In this document: piece by piece, positions 20,450-34,956 of the stretch | Layout: each line of letters begins with the position of its first letter | Numbering within the stretch: the stretch's first letter is position 1 | NCBI RefSeq assembly: GCF_000143415.4 | Contig: NW_003314272.1 | Span: 2,133,728 to 2,197,727 of the forward strand | Source: Selaginella moellendorffii | Taxonomy: Eukaryota > Plantae > Lycopodiophyta | DNA length: 64,000 bases | Reading direction: 5' to 3' | The notes under the pieces: generated by a model | Told to the model about the DNA's origin: nothing | Databases searched by the model: none | The model's input: the letters and a program-made list of their open reading frames with translations, nothing else | Made by a program: the position numbers and the translations under genes

Positions 20450-23400
20450 CGTAGGTACTCTCCCCACATTCCACCTTTGGGTGCTTTAGCTATGTGGCTA
20501 GAGCAAGGTTCTAATGAGCCATGCCAAGTATCAAAGTAAGTAGTGCCACCCACACTTGGATTGGGAGCATCTAATGCTATGTAGAGTCTAAAGTATAAAA
20601 TTATCCATGTTAGACCATATGGCAATTAAAAAGCTTGCGAAAAGAGATACCTTAGCAAGCTAAGGGAAAGAGTCCCTTCAAAGTTCCCAAAAATGATTTT
20701 AATAATACTTAGAAAGACAAGTATAAATGGTTCGTAGAAACACGCAAAATTAAAGTGGTGTAACAAAAGCGTGGTCTTGAAGCTTGTCATAAGGCAATCT
20801 CGAATATTTAAAGAGATGGCTTTCACACTTATGCATGAAACCATATTACACTAGTTAGATGATTTTCTATACAAAATTGGCAAGTCGGGGGAATAAAAAC
20901 CTTAATTAAAGGTGTTGACTTTAAAAGAGGTGACCTATGGGGCCAAACATGAAGGAGTCTATGCATGATCACAAACTTATTAAGTGAAAGGACTTGATAA
21001 TTTGGAGGAACTAGATTCCTAAACTGTGATCTGTAGCACATTTTGGATATAAGTTGGTGCACCAGTGTGGGGAGTCACACTAGGCATCCTAGGTAATACC
21101 ATCTGTAAATGCATATACAAAAGTTGGGTTCAAGTCCCAACCCTCTAGTGTTTGGGTTCGAGTCCCAACTCACTAGGGCAGAGTGATGGTTTAGAATACG
21201 GTGGTCATGAACTTTTAGTAAGGAGATTGGCTTGAGCACACTATTAATTGGGGAATGCCTCGGAGTTGTGATGCATAATTAAATTACTTAATGTGAAAGT
21301 TTAGTATATCTAACTTGAATACTTTAATGCAAATGGCACCAAGGACGTGGTGAATGAGATGGGGACACCCAGTTTTAGTTGCTATAGACCCTTGGCTAGA
21401 AGGGCTAGCTTGGGCGCACTGCCAAATGTGGGGGATGCCCTCGCGGTTATGGTTAATAACTTAAAAGTTTGGAAGATTTAGTATTTATTAGTAAACTTGT
21501 TAAGGTGTCAATGTGAAATCACTAAGTGATTCTATGGCTAAACAAGGACAAAGTCCTTGCTAAGTTAATAAATAAGGTTCCTAGTTCCAAGTGTTTATTT
21601 GAACTGTTAGTAATGGTATGACTTGATCGAGGTGACCAAGTGGGAAGGATACTTAAGGGAAATGAACTATATTAATGTGATGATATAGTGAGTCTAACAA
21701 AGTAATCTCTAGGAAATACCAATAGGAGGGTCACAAAGTTGGGCTATGGATAAAGCCTATAGCAAAAAATGCTAAAGAGACCTATTAAAGGTAAACTCCT
21801 TTTGGATTTTGCAAAGTAGAGCCTTTACTATGGAACCAAAAGGATATTTCAAGGATGGAGGTAGTGATCATATATTATTTGGTGCAACAATTAAAGAATA
21901 AGAGCAAAAGACTAGTGGCCAAAATTGGGGCATAAAAATCATTAAAAAATATCTAAAAGTTAAACAAGGAACACTCATATGTTCGATGCTAACAGATTGT
22001 GGGAAAGGAAATATGTTTCCAAGAACAAATTCCCAAATGCTCTAATTTGGCAAAGATGAAAGCTCCAAAAGAAGGAGTGGCAAGGTAGCCAAATGATAGG
22101 GCCACAGACAGCTCTAGCACAAATCATGGATAACTAAAACTTAGTGCAAAAGGTGGCACAAAATAGAAAAAAGGATGATGGTGCCCTGAAGTAAAGAATT
22201 TTCTAGAGTGGGGAAGTGGAGTTTGCACAATATGTGTAATGCAAGATGTTAGAGACACTCAAGAAATTGACTTAAGAAATCAAAATTAAAGTTTTAAAGT
22301 GTGGTTGCTAAGTTGATAGAAGCCAAAACTACTCGGGAATGAATAATGGGATTGAGATAGAGAAGATGTTTCTAAAGAGTTTTGGAGAATTAAACGAACA
22401 TAGGAGAAGAACCACCATATATGACCAAATGAGTCTTTAAGTTAAAGAGACTATGCTCCTTAGAGGATGGGAAAGGCATGGTGAGCCTTCGATATCAAAC
22501 CATTGATGGTTTCACTAGTTTCTCTGAAAGTGTACTCTTAATATTGTATTAATCCTTAAGGGACTCAGAGTAATGTACATATATATTGCATCAGACCATT
22601 GATGAATATTCATTTGGTGCTAAGGAAAGTGGTAATCCATGATGGGGTTACTTTATAAAATGGTTTATCATTTGATGAGGACATCAAACTTCAGTTATGG
22701 GTGGTGGATTTAGAAAGAAGTGAGTCTCTAAAAAAGGGATGCAAGAGGACTAACACATAACACATGGAAGTGTCAAAATAGAGTCCAAGAAGGAGTCTAA
22801 GACAGACTTGAGGTGGACCTGAGATGGAGTCCAAGATAGACTCGAAATGGAGTTCGAAATAGACCCCAGATGGAGTTCAAGATGGAGTCTGACATGGACC
22901 TGAGATAGAGTCTGAGATGGACCTAAAATAGAGTCCGAGATGGAGTCCAAGATGGACCTAAGATGGAGTTCGAGATGGACCCAAGATAGAGTCCGAGATG
23001 GAGTTTAAAATGGACTCGAGATGGAGTCTAAAATGGAGTCTAAGATGGAGTCTAACAAAGAGCCCGAGAAGGAGTTTGAAATGGACCCAAGACGGAGTCC
23101 GAGATGGAGTTTGAAATGGACCCAAGATGGAGAGAGTCCAAGAAGGAGCCTAAGATGGACCTGAGAAGAAGTCCGAGATGGAGTTTAAGATGGATCTAAG
23201 ATGGAGTCCAAGGTCAAGGCCGAGAAAGAGACCGAGACTAAGATCGAGTCCGAGTCTGAGACCAAGATTGAGTCTGGGTCCGAGTCCGAGTCTGAGTCCA
23301 AGCCCGAGTCTGAGTCCGAGCCCGAGTCTGAGTTTGAGTTCAAGGGTAAAAGCCCAAAGCATTCATCTCCTAGACCCTGGGGGTTTGGTGAGCTCCAAAA

Positions 23401-24339
23401 GTATAGTAGGGGGAAGACTCTAGTGGAACCAGTTTGGCCAAGAAAGGGCAATGTGATCAAGGAAGGCTATATCCACGTGTTGGGTGGTGATATAATCACT
23501 AAAGAGTCCAAGGCTAGAGTGAATATGGATAGATAAATAAAGTAGCTTAGTGAGGTGCTCAAAAGCTAACTCTAGTTCCTTTGAAAGATCGAATGGTTGA
23601 TGCTTCCAATTCAAGTGTGGGTGGCATTACTTACTTGAATACTTGGCATAGCTTATCAAAACCTTACTTTAGTCACATAGCTAAAGCACCCAAAAGTGGA
23701 AGGTGGAGAGAGTATATATGAGGCTCACGTAGGGCTATGGTGTTTCAAAATATTGTCCCAAAGTCCCGAATTATGGAAACAAAGAGGAACAATCCTCTAG
23801 TGTAGTGACTAAGAATATGGTCACATGGTATGGAAGTCCTAAAAGTCAATGGGATTTAGTGGTTGGGCCTTTGGGCCTTAACCCAGTGGCAATGGTGGTG
23901 AGCACGGTTATGGATGAAGAGGGATTTAGTGAGGACTAAAGAAGTGATATTATGGAAGGGTGTTCCTTATATCTTTAGGCATTCTAAAGGTGCTAAGGTA
24001 TGGTCAAAGAATGACCACTCATGGATGGATGGCCTAGTCTTTAAGAGATTAGGACTGTGATGCAGATGGTCTTGGACTATCAATATAACAAGGGTGAATA
24101 GGCATGGCCTTAGTGTAATAGGTTGATATGTCGATGGTACCGTTAGGTGTTAGTTATGGGATCGGACACATGGAGCACTTGTACCAGGTGCAAAGGCTGA
24201 GTGGCATAAATCCTATTCACGGGGCTAGTATGTCCCTAAGTCAGGAATAAAACTTATGGAGTTCATGAGTGAGACTCCTCCAAGTGGTCAAAGGTGTTGT
24301 TAAGTGGATAAAGTAAAATGGCAAATTTAGTCACTTACA
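20450..24339 (+). mobile_element. Decayed fragment of the L1 LTR retroelement: non-coding internal region plus LTR
   Basis: 20573-22710 is the reverse complement of about 56613-58740. 22720-24339 is the reverse complement of the L1 LTR, ending TAGTCACTTACA. 20450-20571 is a small L1 LTR piece in the opposite orientation. Confidence 0.8.
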
Positions 24340-24699
24340 ACAACCCCATTAGCAACTAGTTATTCTTTAGATACTACATCAGGTTTAGTCATTATAGTGT
24401 CTTCAAGTTGCTTTGTATGGTTGGTGTCAGTGTTGCAACAATATAGCCAACATCATTCTAAAAATCCTACTTGCTTTTGTTCCCCATGGAAACATGGGGT
24501 TGGAACAAAAACAGACTTATCACCATAAATTAAATTGCCCATTGCTTTAGTTTCACTGTAATACACTCTCTTCATTAGCCACTTGAGGTGGCTCAGTCCG
24601 GGGGTAGTGTCCTAGAGTAGAATGGTATTGAACATTAAGTTTATGAGAGTTTTTTGCTCTAAGGTTTATACCAACTTCTTCACCAACAAAGGAAAAGTG

Positions 24700-27045
24700 A
24701 CATTTTGAGTGGATAGTCTTCATGTCACCAATAAAAGTCTAAGGAGTGTACTCCATAGATGTGTCGCAAACCACTTCCTCCACTACAATTGCCACTTTTT
24801 GTGCTAGTGGAGTCCCTCTCTTTTTTATCTGATCATGTAACATCTTATCCAAAGGTCATGTTCCCATATATTTTCCTTTCTCAAATGCCAAGGTTTTTGA
24901 AAATTGCTCTATAACATATATTAAATCCGATAGACATGCTTTGTATAAACTTATCTTCCCTTTCCCTACCTCAGAGGAATGCCAACTCCAATGCTTACTC
25001 TCTACGAGATTCACAATTGGGGTGTATACAAGATCCTCAAGTGGTTGAGCGTAATGAAAAGATGATATTAAGAGGTAATAAAATGAGAAGAAAAAAGAAA
25101 AACCAATATGAAGAGAATGATATCCCCATTGGAATATCCTAACTTTCCACCACCCTAACCATGACTCAAGTTATGGTAGACAACTTATGTTATAGCCATC
25201 TTCATGCCACGACATTTAAATCTTATTTGCTTTTGCCTTATACTCTTCTTGAGAAGGTGCAACCTACCATTGTTTGCACAACTCCTTAAATATTAATTAG
25301 AAATCTAATTTGATAAGGTGGCAGTGTTGGTTTAGGCTTTGAAATGGAACTCACAAGACCTCTCATGACCTTCTACAGGTTGACTATTCCTAAAGACTGC
25401 TCGAACGCCATTCCAATTAACCCTAACCCCATCTACCATGAAATCATAGAAGTTGGCAAGCTTACTAGTCTATTTCAGTACAACGTCGGAGAGGGACTTT
25501 CAAATATTTCCAAGGCCATCTAGTCTTGCACTTTAAATTCTGCTATTGTAATTATCAAGTTGGAATGTAGCTTATGAAAAAGGCAATGTTTAAAACCATT
25601 TTAAGACAATAAGAAAAAAATAATTACCTTAAATCATACATATGAGCCTATGGTTGTTTAACTTGATTCACACTCCATATAGTCAAAATGTACCTATATA
25701 TTAACAAAGTTACTTGACCTAGACATATCCATTTGGGAAACAAGATTTACACTAGAGGCAGGGCCCATGGTAGACATTTTGAAGACAAAAGGGCGCTCTT
25801 GTTCACTAATTATTTAATCTAGAAATAAACTCCCATGGATAAACTCATAGGGATAAATTCATTTTAGTTCAAGGATATTGTCGATTTTTTACTAAAGTTT
25901 CCCCTCTTGAGATTCACATATTCAAGATTTTATCCTAAGATTTTATCCTATTTTGACAAGTATGTAATATTATTTTCTTACCTTATGAGGCTAGTTACAA
26001 GTTGCACGCATCATAGTAACTCCCACAAGCTAGCCTCATCCAGTTGAGTTTTCTTATAGCCTAGATCGAGTAGAGTGTTTGTGATAAAACCTTCAACACT
26101 ATATTTTAAACATGCTTCAGAGTTGCAAATGAGTTTCTGATAGTCTCTCTATCTGCATTGCATCTTTAAAACAATTGATTGAACTCTTTTGTATCCCTTT
26201 CTACATTGAATGTGTGTGCATGCTAATATGTACTACAGCTCTACTAACCTTTCCATCCCGTGGAAGAAAGTAATACATCTTAACCCCATAAATGACATGA
26301 TATAATGGAGCATTTTTGCAAAACAAACACTTAAATCTAACACCAATGGTGTCATAGATGGGAGGATTGATTATAAATCCTTCAAAAAAAGTGAAATTTT
26401 TACCTTACTCTCAATTACATGTTTCATTCATACAATCCAAATACCCATCACAATGACACTATGTTTTTGAAATGCTAGATATATGTAGTCTTGATTTTAC
26501 ACCAGTTATGGACGTCCTACTTATCTCCATCCCTTTTCATTTTGAGCTAACAAGAAATGGTAGTTCAAAGAAGATGTTGCCATTGTATGTGGATAGGAGC
26601 TTGTTAACAGGCCTATGCAAAAATGAGCACACGTTAATAGAGAAATGGGAGAATTAAAAAGCATTGCAAACAACTTTGAATTTTGGTGAAGTTGGTGTTA
26701 GTAGATTTTTGGCTAACATTAGATTGGCATCTTCACTAAAACTAGAAGAGGAGGAAATGACAATGATTGACTCTTGCTTTACATTTGCTTTGGCATGATT
26801 ATAGCCTCGCACTTTGATTGGAGATTTAGAAACTCAAATCTCCTTAGACTTGGAATGTTGTAAATCCCAATGTTGTCCACCTTCACCCACACTCAAAAGA
26901 AGAAACTCTAATCATTCAACTACACTTGTGTTGTTGCAAATCACAGCCTCCAAATGAAATAGAACCAAGAGAAAGATTGAAATATTGGTAAAGAAAATTC
27001 TCTGAAATAAGACTTTGGGAGAAAGAAAGCGGTGGGTAATCTCGG
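24700..27045 (-). pseudogene. MULE-like transposase copy C, heavily decayed
   Basis: Nucleotide colinearity with 6990-8590 and with the reverse complement of 3600-5970, including the same intron positions. Many stops. Confidence 0.8.
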
Positions 27046-27429
27046 TATTGTGATCAATTCCACACATGTGGCTGTCACATTATTTCCACATTATGGCACA
27101 ATGATATTATAGTGCACATCTAATATTAGGTTATAACTCAAAAGGACTTTGTCACATGATCAAATCGAGGACGGAGTAGATATTGTAGATTGCTAGCAAA
27201 TAATTTTAGCATAATGGACATATGAAATTTACTGCATCCATAATGAATGGCCATGATGAAAGTTAGGTTAGGATTAGGGCAGCCTCCAGCATTAGGATTT
27301 TTACAGAAAGTACAGTAGGAGATTGGGAATGACTCTATGAAATCCATCAACATCAAAAACAATGCCACCAAGAGTAAATCATTTTTTTCCTTGTAGTAAC
27401 ATCTCAATCTACATCTCTCAACATTGCTT

Positions 27430-28375
27430 CATGCCATTGTGGCACTGCCTCCACACTTGCCACATGAACTGAGCTGTGCACTACTGCTGCACATATGTCG
27501 AGCCAAGCACTGTGCAGGTCAGGCCACCCCCCATGCTGCACCGCATGGGCCAGACCTGCATGCCTCATCTGTGGCTGCCATGCCTAGCATCGCATGATGC
27601 CAAGCCCCACGGTACACTAGTGTACTGTGTGGGGTGCCAATGGGTGGTGTGCCGGCTCAACTAGGACAGCATGCTATGTGTGGACTGTGGTGTCGTGCTG
27701 TAGGGCGGATAGACCGTGGTGGCACCAATGCGGGTGAATGTGCACTGTGGCATTGTGCCACATGGGGCAGACGGGCTAGAATGACATGTCACATGGCTAA
27801 TGTTGCAGCCGCCCACCCTGCCCAGCACGATGCCGCAGCCTACAGTACACAGGCGAACCGTGCATGGGTGCCAGCTTGGCCAGGACAGCGTGCCACATGG
27901 GGCATATGGGCCATGGCATCATGCTGCACGACAGACCATCCTAGCTCATCTACCCACACAGCACGCCATGTCTTGGCCAAGCTGGGCCCGATATGCCGGT
28001 GAACCGGCCCACACAGGATGCATATCTTGGGCACTTAGCTGGGCCCAGTACATTGGCGAATCGTCATGATGCACCCACCTCGGTATGTGTAGGACGGGTG
28101 GCCCAGGTACTTGAGTGGGCCCAATATGCTGGCAAACCGGCCTGCACACATGCATCAACATCGCCACGGCCCATCCACTACGCACATCAAGCCGTGTTCT
28201 AGGAGCTCGAGTGGGCCTGGTATGCCGGCAAACTGACCCACCACAGGTGAGTCAGCCCACGTAGGATAGGCATGTGTAGTAGATGGGCTGCGGTGGTGCT
28301 GAGTCGAACCAGCCAATGCATGCTGAGTTCGCCGGGGTGGCCCACCAGAGTGGTGTACTGGTGGACGACCACTTC
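27430..28375. repeat. GC-rich degenerate low-complexity region in intron 1 of accessory gene C
   Basis: Same position as the arrays in copies A and B but a different sequence, rich in GGCCCA/TGGGCC, GCAC and CATG. Confidence 0.5.
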
Positions 28376-28698
28376 TTATGCATTTTTCTTTTCTTTTTTT
28401 TTTCTTTTTAATGAGTTTTCTTCTTGTTTTCAGAAACAAAAAAAAACTACAAAAGAATAAGGATGTTAGATCAAAGAGAACAAGACATAAGGAATATGAG
28501 GTCCAAGATGATAACCAATTTGACCTTTAAATTGAGATTTCTACAATGATAAATCTGGTATGCACATTGCTAGCTCTGCAACCTGAAAGCTCTATTCCAC
28601 ATCCACCCCATTTTTGCCACCATTGCCATTACCGCCACCACCACTTTCACCGCCATTGCCACCACTACCTTCATCACCACCATTACCACCACCATCAT

Positions 28699-31600
28699 TG
28701 TTAGGTGCCAGCTTTGACTATGTGGTCAACATCGGTCAAAGGGAGGCTCAAGGGTATATTAAGGCATATTAGAGTAAGGGACTTAACCTACCCTAGGGCT
28801 CACAATGGAGCGGCGGTGCAGTGGAGCTTTTGAGGTAGCTCAGGGGTGGTTGGGTGGTGAGGAACCTCAAGAGGTGATGTAGCATAGTCTAGGGCGACTA
28901 GATCTCTATCTTTTTGCGCCAAATCATAACATTGGTATTAGAGAAGTTTGTTGCGATGGCCGACCAAGCTGAACGCTAAAATCCTATTGTCGATGGTGGT
29001 GCCGATGATGGTGCCGACGAAGCTGCAGAGATTTGGACCATTCAAGATGTGGTTCATGAGCTGTGAGCCCTTAATAAAAATCAGCAAGAGATGCAAGATG
29101 AGATGCATGGCATGATGGATACCATGCGTGGGCGTGTTGAGGCACTCGAGGCTGGACGGGGTAGCGCTTCAAGTAAGCCTTCTTTGGTAGATCGACTCAA
29201 GATTCCAACTTTTTCCGGTGGTGGTGGTGTGGACGAGTGTCTCGCTTGGCTAGCCAATGTGAAGAAGTTCTTGGCTGCTAGAGGAACTCCAGATGCAAAG
29301 GCTTTAGTGGCTATTCCGATGGTTTTGCATGATGCGGGTCTTCGATGGTGGAATTGGCTTGAGGAGTCCCATGTTGCAGATAAGAAACCACCAGTGTCTA
29401 CCATGGATGAATTTGAGGCTGCTTTCCATTTACTTTTTGCCCCTTATTACGATGTGGAGAATGCTCGTATGGAACTTCGACATTTCCAGCAAGGGAAAAT
29501 GACGCTCGGGGACTATATTGAGAAGCTTACTCACTTGATTAGTTGTGTTCCAACGAAGGATCCAGATTAGAACAAGTCCTACTTCATTGATGGCCTACAT
29601 AGTGAGAGCATGCGGCAACACTTGCGTCATTCTCAGCCTACAAAGAGTTTGGAGGAGCTCTTTGATGCAGCTCGTCGACTTGACAATGACAAGCACAAGT
29701 CTCGCAAGCGTTTGCAGAGTCCTTTTGTCGAGAATCGTCGTGATGATCGCCGTGGACACAAGGATGGGAACAAGCATCACAAGTTGAAGTCAGTGGTGAC
29801 TACTTCAGATGCAAAGGGGTCCAAGAAGCAGAAGTTCTTTGTGAAGAATTATAAACAGGGTTGTCATCATTGCGGCGAACTTGGACACTACAACGCTGAT
29901 TGTCCGCAATTGAAGAACAAGCAGCAGGACAAGAAGAATGGCCAATCTTCTTCTCACGATAAGTCAAATACTAAAAGTTGCAAACTTTGCAGTGTGAGGA
30001 TGAGGAGAATGACCATTCTGGTCGGAGGAAGCGACTTTCGATCGTTGCTCGTCAGCTCAACTGTGTGTGGAACAAGATGGAGCTCGAGGATACGCGTGAA
30101 TCAGCTTTACTACTGGAGGGCGTGTTCTGTGGCGATCCAGTGCGGATTTTACTGGATAGTGGGAGCAATGACAACTTTGTTTCGGCAAAGTTTGTTGCGA
30201 AGCATGGCTTGGTCACACGTGGCATTCTTCCATACACAGTGGAAGGTGCAGCTACCTCTACTCAGTATTTTGATGCTTGTGTCGAGGGGATGGAAGTGTT
30301 GGTTGGCAAAACCACACTTGTGGAGACTTTTTATCTCACGGATATCCATCATGTAGATCTCATTCTTGGGATGCCATGGTTGGTGAAGGTGGATCCAGAG
30401 ATAAAGTGGAGTATTAAGTATATCTCGCTGGAGTATGGTGGCGTTAAAGATGTGTGGTTTGGCAAGGGCAATCAACCACCAGTTGTTATGCTCTTTGCTA
30501 CATCTTTGAAGCAAGCTTGTCGTAATGGAAAAGCACTTTCGAGTTACTTGCTGTTTGTTCGTGACTTGGGGGACCAAGGCACGTGTGGGGGAGAAGTAGT
30601 AGTACGGGATGTACTGGACGAGTTTTCTGATGTTTTTCCATCTGAACTTCCTCATGGATTGCCTCCGTTACGAGGTGTGGAGCATGGGATTACATTGGAG
30701 CCGGGGACGCGACCAATTTACCGGCATCCATTTCGGTCAGGTTATGCGGAGGAGCAAGAAGTTCAACGACAAGTCAAGGAGTTACTTGAGTTTGGATTTA
30801 TTCAGCCAAGTAAGTCTCCATTTGGTGCTCCGGTCTTGCTTGTGAAGAAGAAGGATAGTTCAATATGAATGTGTATTGACTACCACGCTTTGAACAAGAA
30901 GACAATGAAGGATAAGATGCCGATGCCACGTGTGGATGATATCTTGGACAAGCTTGGTGAAGCACGAATGTTTACCAAGATTGATCTGAGGAGTGGATAT
31001 CATCAGATTGCAATGGATGATGCATCTATCTCCAAGACGGCATTCAACACAAGCTTCAGACATTTTGAGTTTACAGTTATGCCGTTTGGTTTAACGAATG
31101 CACCGGCCACATTTACTCGGTTGATGACGGAGGTATTTGGGCGTTATCTTCATGAGTTTGTGGAGATTTTCTTGGACGATATTTTTGTTTTTAGCAAGAA
31201 TATGGAGGAGCATAGTGCCGATGACACCAATCTGCGAATTTGCGGGTAGCACCGAGGTTGGAGTCTGAAGATTAGGTCCATCTGGTTCAAGAACCCTCGT
31301 AGATCCAATTGTCATCTACTGAACTTTTTTGGGGAAGCTGATCTTGGGCTCGGCCGGCCAAGGCAAGCTTATGGCTCACGGGTGTCGAAGATGCCAAAGA
31401 CGCTGATTACTGGAGTTGAAGGAGAGCTGTTCAAAGTTGTTGGTTGTTGGCTTGGAGTTGGAGAATAGCATACTTGGAGAAGGTTTTTCCTGATTTTGGT
31501 TTGCCGAAGGATATCATTAGTGATCGAGATTCAAAGTTCACTAGTGGATTTTGGAAAAGCTTTGCAAAGGTTATGCAAGTGACTTTGAAACTCTCGAGTG

Positions 31601-32566
31601 GAGATCATCCTTAGACAGATGGGCAAACCGAGCGTGTGAATCAGGTGGTGGAGGATATGCTACGTTGTAGCATTGGTCAAAGGCAAGGATAGTGGGATTT
31701 ATATCTTCCGTTGGTGCAATTTGCTTACAACAATAGCCAACACAGTGGAACCAAGCTAAGTCCTTACTTTGCCATGTTTGGAAGGCATCCTCAAACAGCG
31801 GTGGAGTTGGGTTTGCATTTGAGTAAGGACATTCAAGATAAGCTTGATTCCGAGGCGACTGATTTGGCCACAAAACTTGATGAGATTTTGGTGGTGTGCA
31901 AATGGAATTTGCAAGTAGCTCAGGATAGAGCGGAGAAGTTTGCTAATGAGCATCGCCAATTCCGGGAATATAAGGTGGGTGATCTCGTCTTTGTGCGAGT
32001 GATCTTTCCGTTAAGTGAGCGGCAGAACACCTTGGTGCCTTTACAGACAAGGAAGAGTGATAAACTTTCCCATAGATATGTTGGTCCATATGAAGTGCTG
32101 GAGCGTATTGGTAAAGCGGCTTATCGGGTGCGGCTGCTAGCTGGGGTGAAAATTCATCCAGTATTTTATGTCAGCCAGTTGAAAGGTGTATTATCTCGAA
32201 GTGACGGGCCCAATGCCTCCTTGATGTACACAGCTGTGGAAGATGGACCAGGAGCTTGAGCAGGGTTCCCCAGAAAGGGTGATCACCGGTACAACTTGTC
32301 CTTGGGACAAGGACTTTGTTGTGGGGGAAGAATTGTTAGGCGCCAGCTTTGACTTCGTGGTCAACGTTGGTCAAAGGGAGGCTCAAGGGTATATTAAGGC
32401 ATGTTAGGGTAAGGGACTTAACCTACCCTAGGGCTCACAGTGGAGCGGCGGCGCAGTGGAGCTTTTGAGGTAGCTCGGGGGTGGTTGGGTGGTGAGGAAC
32501 CTCAAGAGGTGGCATAGTATAGTCTAGGGCGACTAGATCTCTGTCTTTTTGCGCCGGATCATAACA
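28699..32566 (+). mobile_element. Ty3/gypsy LTR retrotransposon, internally deleted (3868 bp)
   Basis: 233-bp LTRs at 28699-28931 and 32334-32566, PBS TGGTATTAGAG, PPT GTGGGGGAAGAA, TSD ATCAT/AACAT (one mismatch). Confidence 0.93.
28956..32259 (+). pseudogene. gag-pol remnants: Gag with zinc knuckle, aspartic protease, RT N-half, integrase C-half
   Basis: CHHCGELGHYNADC; ILLDSGSNDNFV; SPFGAPVLLVKKKD; KIDLRSGYHQI; MPFGLTNAPATF; FLDD; GQTERVNQ; YVGPYEVLERIG...IHPVFYVSQLK. RNase H and the integrase N-terminus are absent. Confidence 0.9.
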
Positions 32567-33837
32567 AACATCACCACCATTACCACCACCACTGCCATCA
32601 TCACTATTACCACCACCACTAGCACTATCATCACCACTACCACCACTAATGCTGCCGCCACCACCTCAAATGCCACTACTCTTAACGTATTTGCAAAATA
32701 TGACATAAACTAGTTATATTACGGAGTAGTGCCCAAGTGAGCCTGAGGGGGGTGTTGGACCTAAGTTGGGGGCTAGATTTGATAATGGTGCTACTGAAGG
32801 TGTAGCTGAAGTTGAAAGAGAAGTTGAGTTACCTAAATATATTGCAGACAAACGCTTCCAGGAGACAGTTTTGAGAAAGAGAAGGCCATTCACACAATTC
32901 TAGAGTCTCTCAAGTGGGAAGGCCTAGGAGACATGATTTGAGAGATTCCACTATGCCGATTCACTCAAACAAGCATTATTCAGTATGTTTCACCTCACTT
33001 TGTCAACATGAACATCTATAGTTTATACAAAGAAAACAGCATTAGGACAAATATATGTATGTTCCTTGTTTTGGCCTTCAAGCTAGGAATGACAAATACC
33101 CTTCTGATTTCACTGAAAATCAAGAAGGTTTGGGATGACATTTGGAAAATGAAGTCTTGTGAATTTGACAACATGCTTATGAGCCATTCTAAGATTCAAC
33201 AATTTGTTGGGAAAATGTTCTACATTATCGATAGGAATCATCACAGTATATGTGGATGAAGTGCATCAATGAATACTTCTGAAAAGATCCTGTCTATCAT
33301 ATCAATATTCTAGTTGGGCATGTACATGAGAGAGGATCTCTAGATATGGCAAAGCTTGTGATAGTTTGCCACAAAATAAATGCGTAAGTACCTTTCCCTC
33401 TTCAATCACTTTTAACAATTTGTGTTTTGCAGATTGGGATAGTTTGCAGTGCAGAAGCAAAGCTTAATGCATGATATCGAGGAGATTCTGTTTCTTGCCA
33501 ATTTTGACAAGGATGCAATTCGTAGCCACTATGGTGATGATTTAGCATCATTTATTCGCCATTAACAAAGTTGTCAAGATGCCAATAGATGGTACAAGAA
33601 TCTAGTGGCTTTTATGACAGCTGTGTGGAGTAAGGTTTGTGTTTCTTAGTATACTTCTTGTCACTAAATGTTTGTGTTATCTTCAGCTGTTGGTGAAGGT
33701 TAGGCAAGATGTATATGCATAGTCACATCAGGCTCAAAATGATTAAGAACTCTCAAAGCATTTAGCTGCAATTGATAAGAAATTCAACATCACAAAAAAG
33801 ACAAAGGTAAAGAAATTACTTAGTGTGGCTGACTCAA

Positions 33838-34956
33838 TGTAGCATACATGGTTTTCACCCTTCATCCTATGGTGATTTACCATAGGATAACTACGAAGCG
33901 GAACCTAATATATGCCATGTGTCACATGCCACATGTCACATGCTATATGCTATATGCCACATGTCCAAAAGACAATGGTGCAAAACCTAAGTTTCAGAGC
34001 CTTGGGCCACTGAATGAAAGAACAGAGCCAAACACCTAAGCATGGAGCTAAAGAGCAATGGCATTAGAGCACAAAGCGACTCTCGAGCATACAGTCTAAG
34101 AAGTGAAGGGATAAGAGCACAGAGTGACTTGGAATACTCCTAGAGCATTCAACATCCCAATGCTAGGACCAACACACAAAATAGAGCCAAATGGGGCACT
34201 ATTTGAGCATATTGGTGGCCTAACACGAGGATATGAGTACTCCACCAATTAGCATGGTATGCAACTTGGGCTTAGACCCAAGCTGAATGCAGAACAAGGA
34301 CAAGCATGCAAGCAACACTAGACTATGCCTCAAGTTGGTCGGCCATGCCCAACCCACCCACAACCCCCAACCCCCCGCCCTGCCCCCTTGAGGAACACAT
34401 ACTTTGGGCTTTCACCTTTAACCACCCTTAGTATCAGGAGTTACAATCTCAAAATTTACTAAATATGGAATGCTTCTAGATTGTGAATTTAGACACGGGA
34501 CAAACACCATTGTATTTAGGATAATCTCTACATTCTTATAGATATGCCATATGAGCAAATCTAGACACTTTTTATAAATAGCATTTGGGACTAGAATGAG
34601 ACTAACATAAAGGGCATGATAGCGAGGGTGTTTAGTAAACATAGTAAGCTATCATTCAGTGATATTGAGGGATTAGTCTCAATATGTGAGGGTTCTTGTC
34701 AAGCTAGTGCAAGACAGAGTAAAAGAGAATTAATAAGCTAGGCCAAATATGCTTAGCTAAATAGAAATTTAGGAATTTTGTTCTTATGCTCGTCCAGTCA
34801 AGTATAGATGCAAAGTCCAGTTTACTAACACTTGAACAAGAGGGACTAATAAAGGGTCTAGCAATACTGATTTTTGTTGTCGTGGCAGTAAGGAAAGAAT
34901 ATCTAAAAGGACTACATGACAGATAACTTTTGATACCCAAAGTCACATTCATAACA
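33838..34956 (-). mobile_element. LTR family L2 (3' LTR of the minus-strand Tat-like element)
   Basis: TGTAGCA...ATAACA, adjacent to a minus-strand PPT (CTCTGCCCCCCTTA on +). Diverged homolog of 59312-60461. Confidence 0.85.

Larger units (their letters stand above)
27337..33837 (+). pseudogene. Accessory (ParB-like) gene copy C, interrupted by a gypsy element and truncated by the L2 LTR
   Basis: First exon MKSINIKNNATK|gtaaat, GC-rich intron 1, then a poly-Pro exon split at 28699. VGKMFYIIDRNHH at about 33206-33244. Colinear with 11191-12750. Confidence 0.8.
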
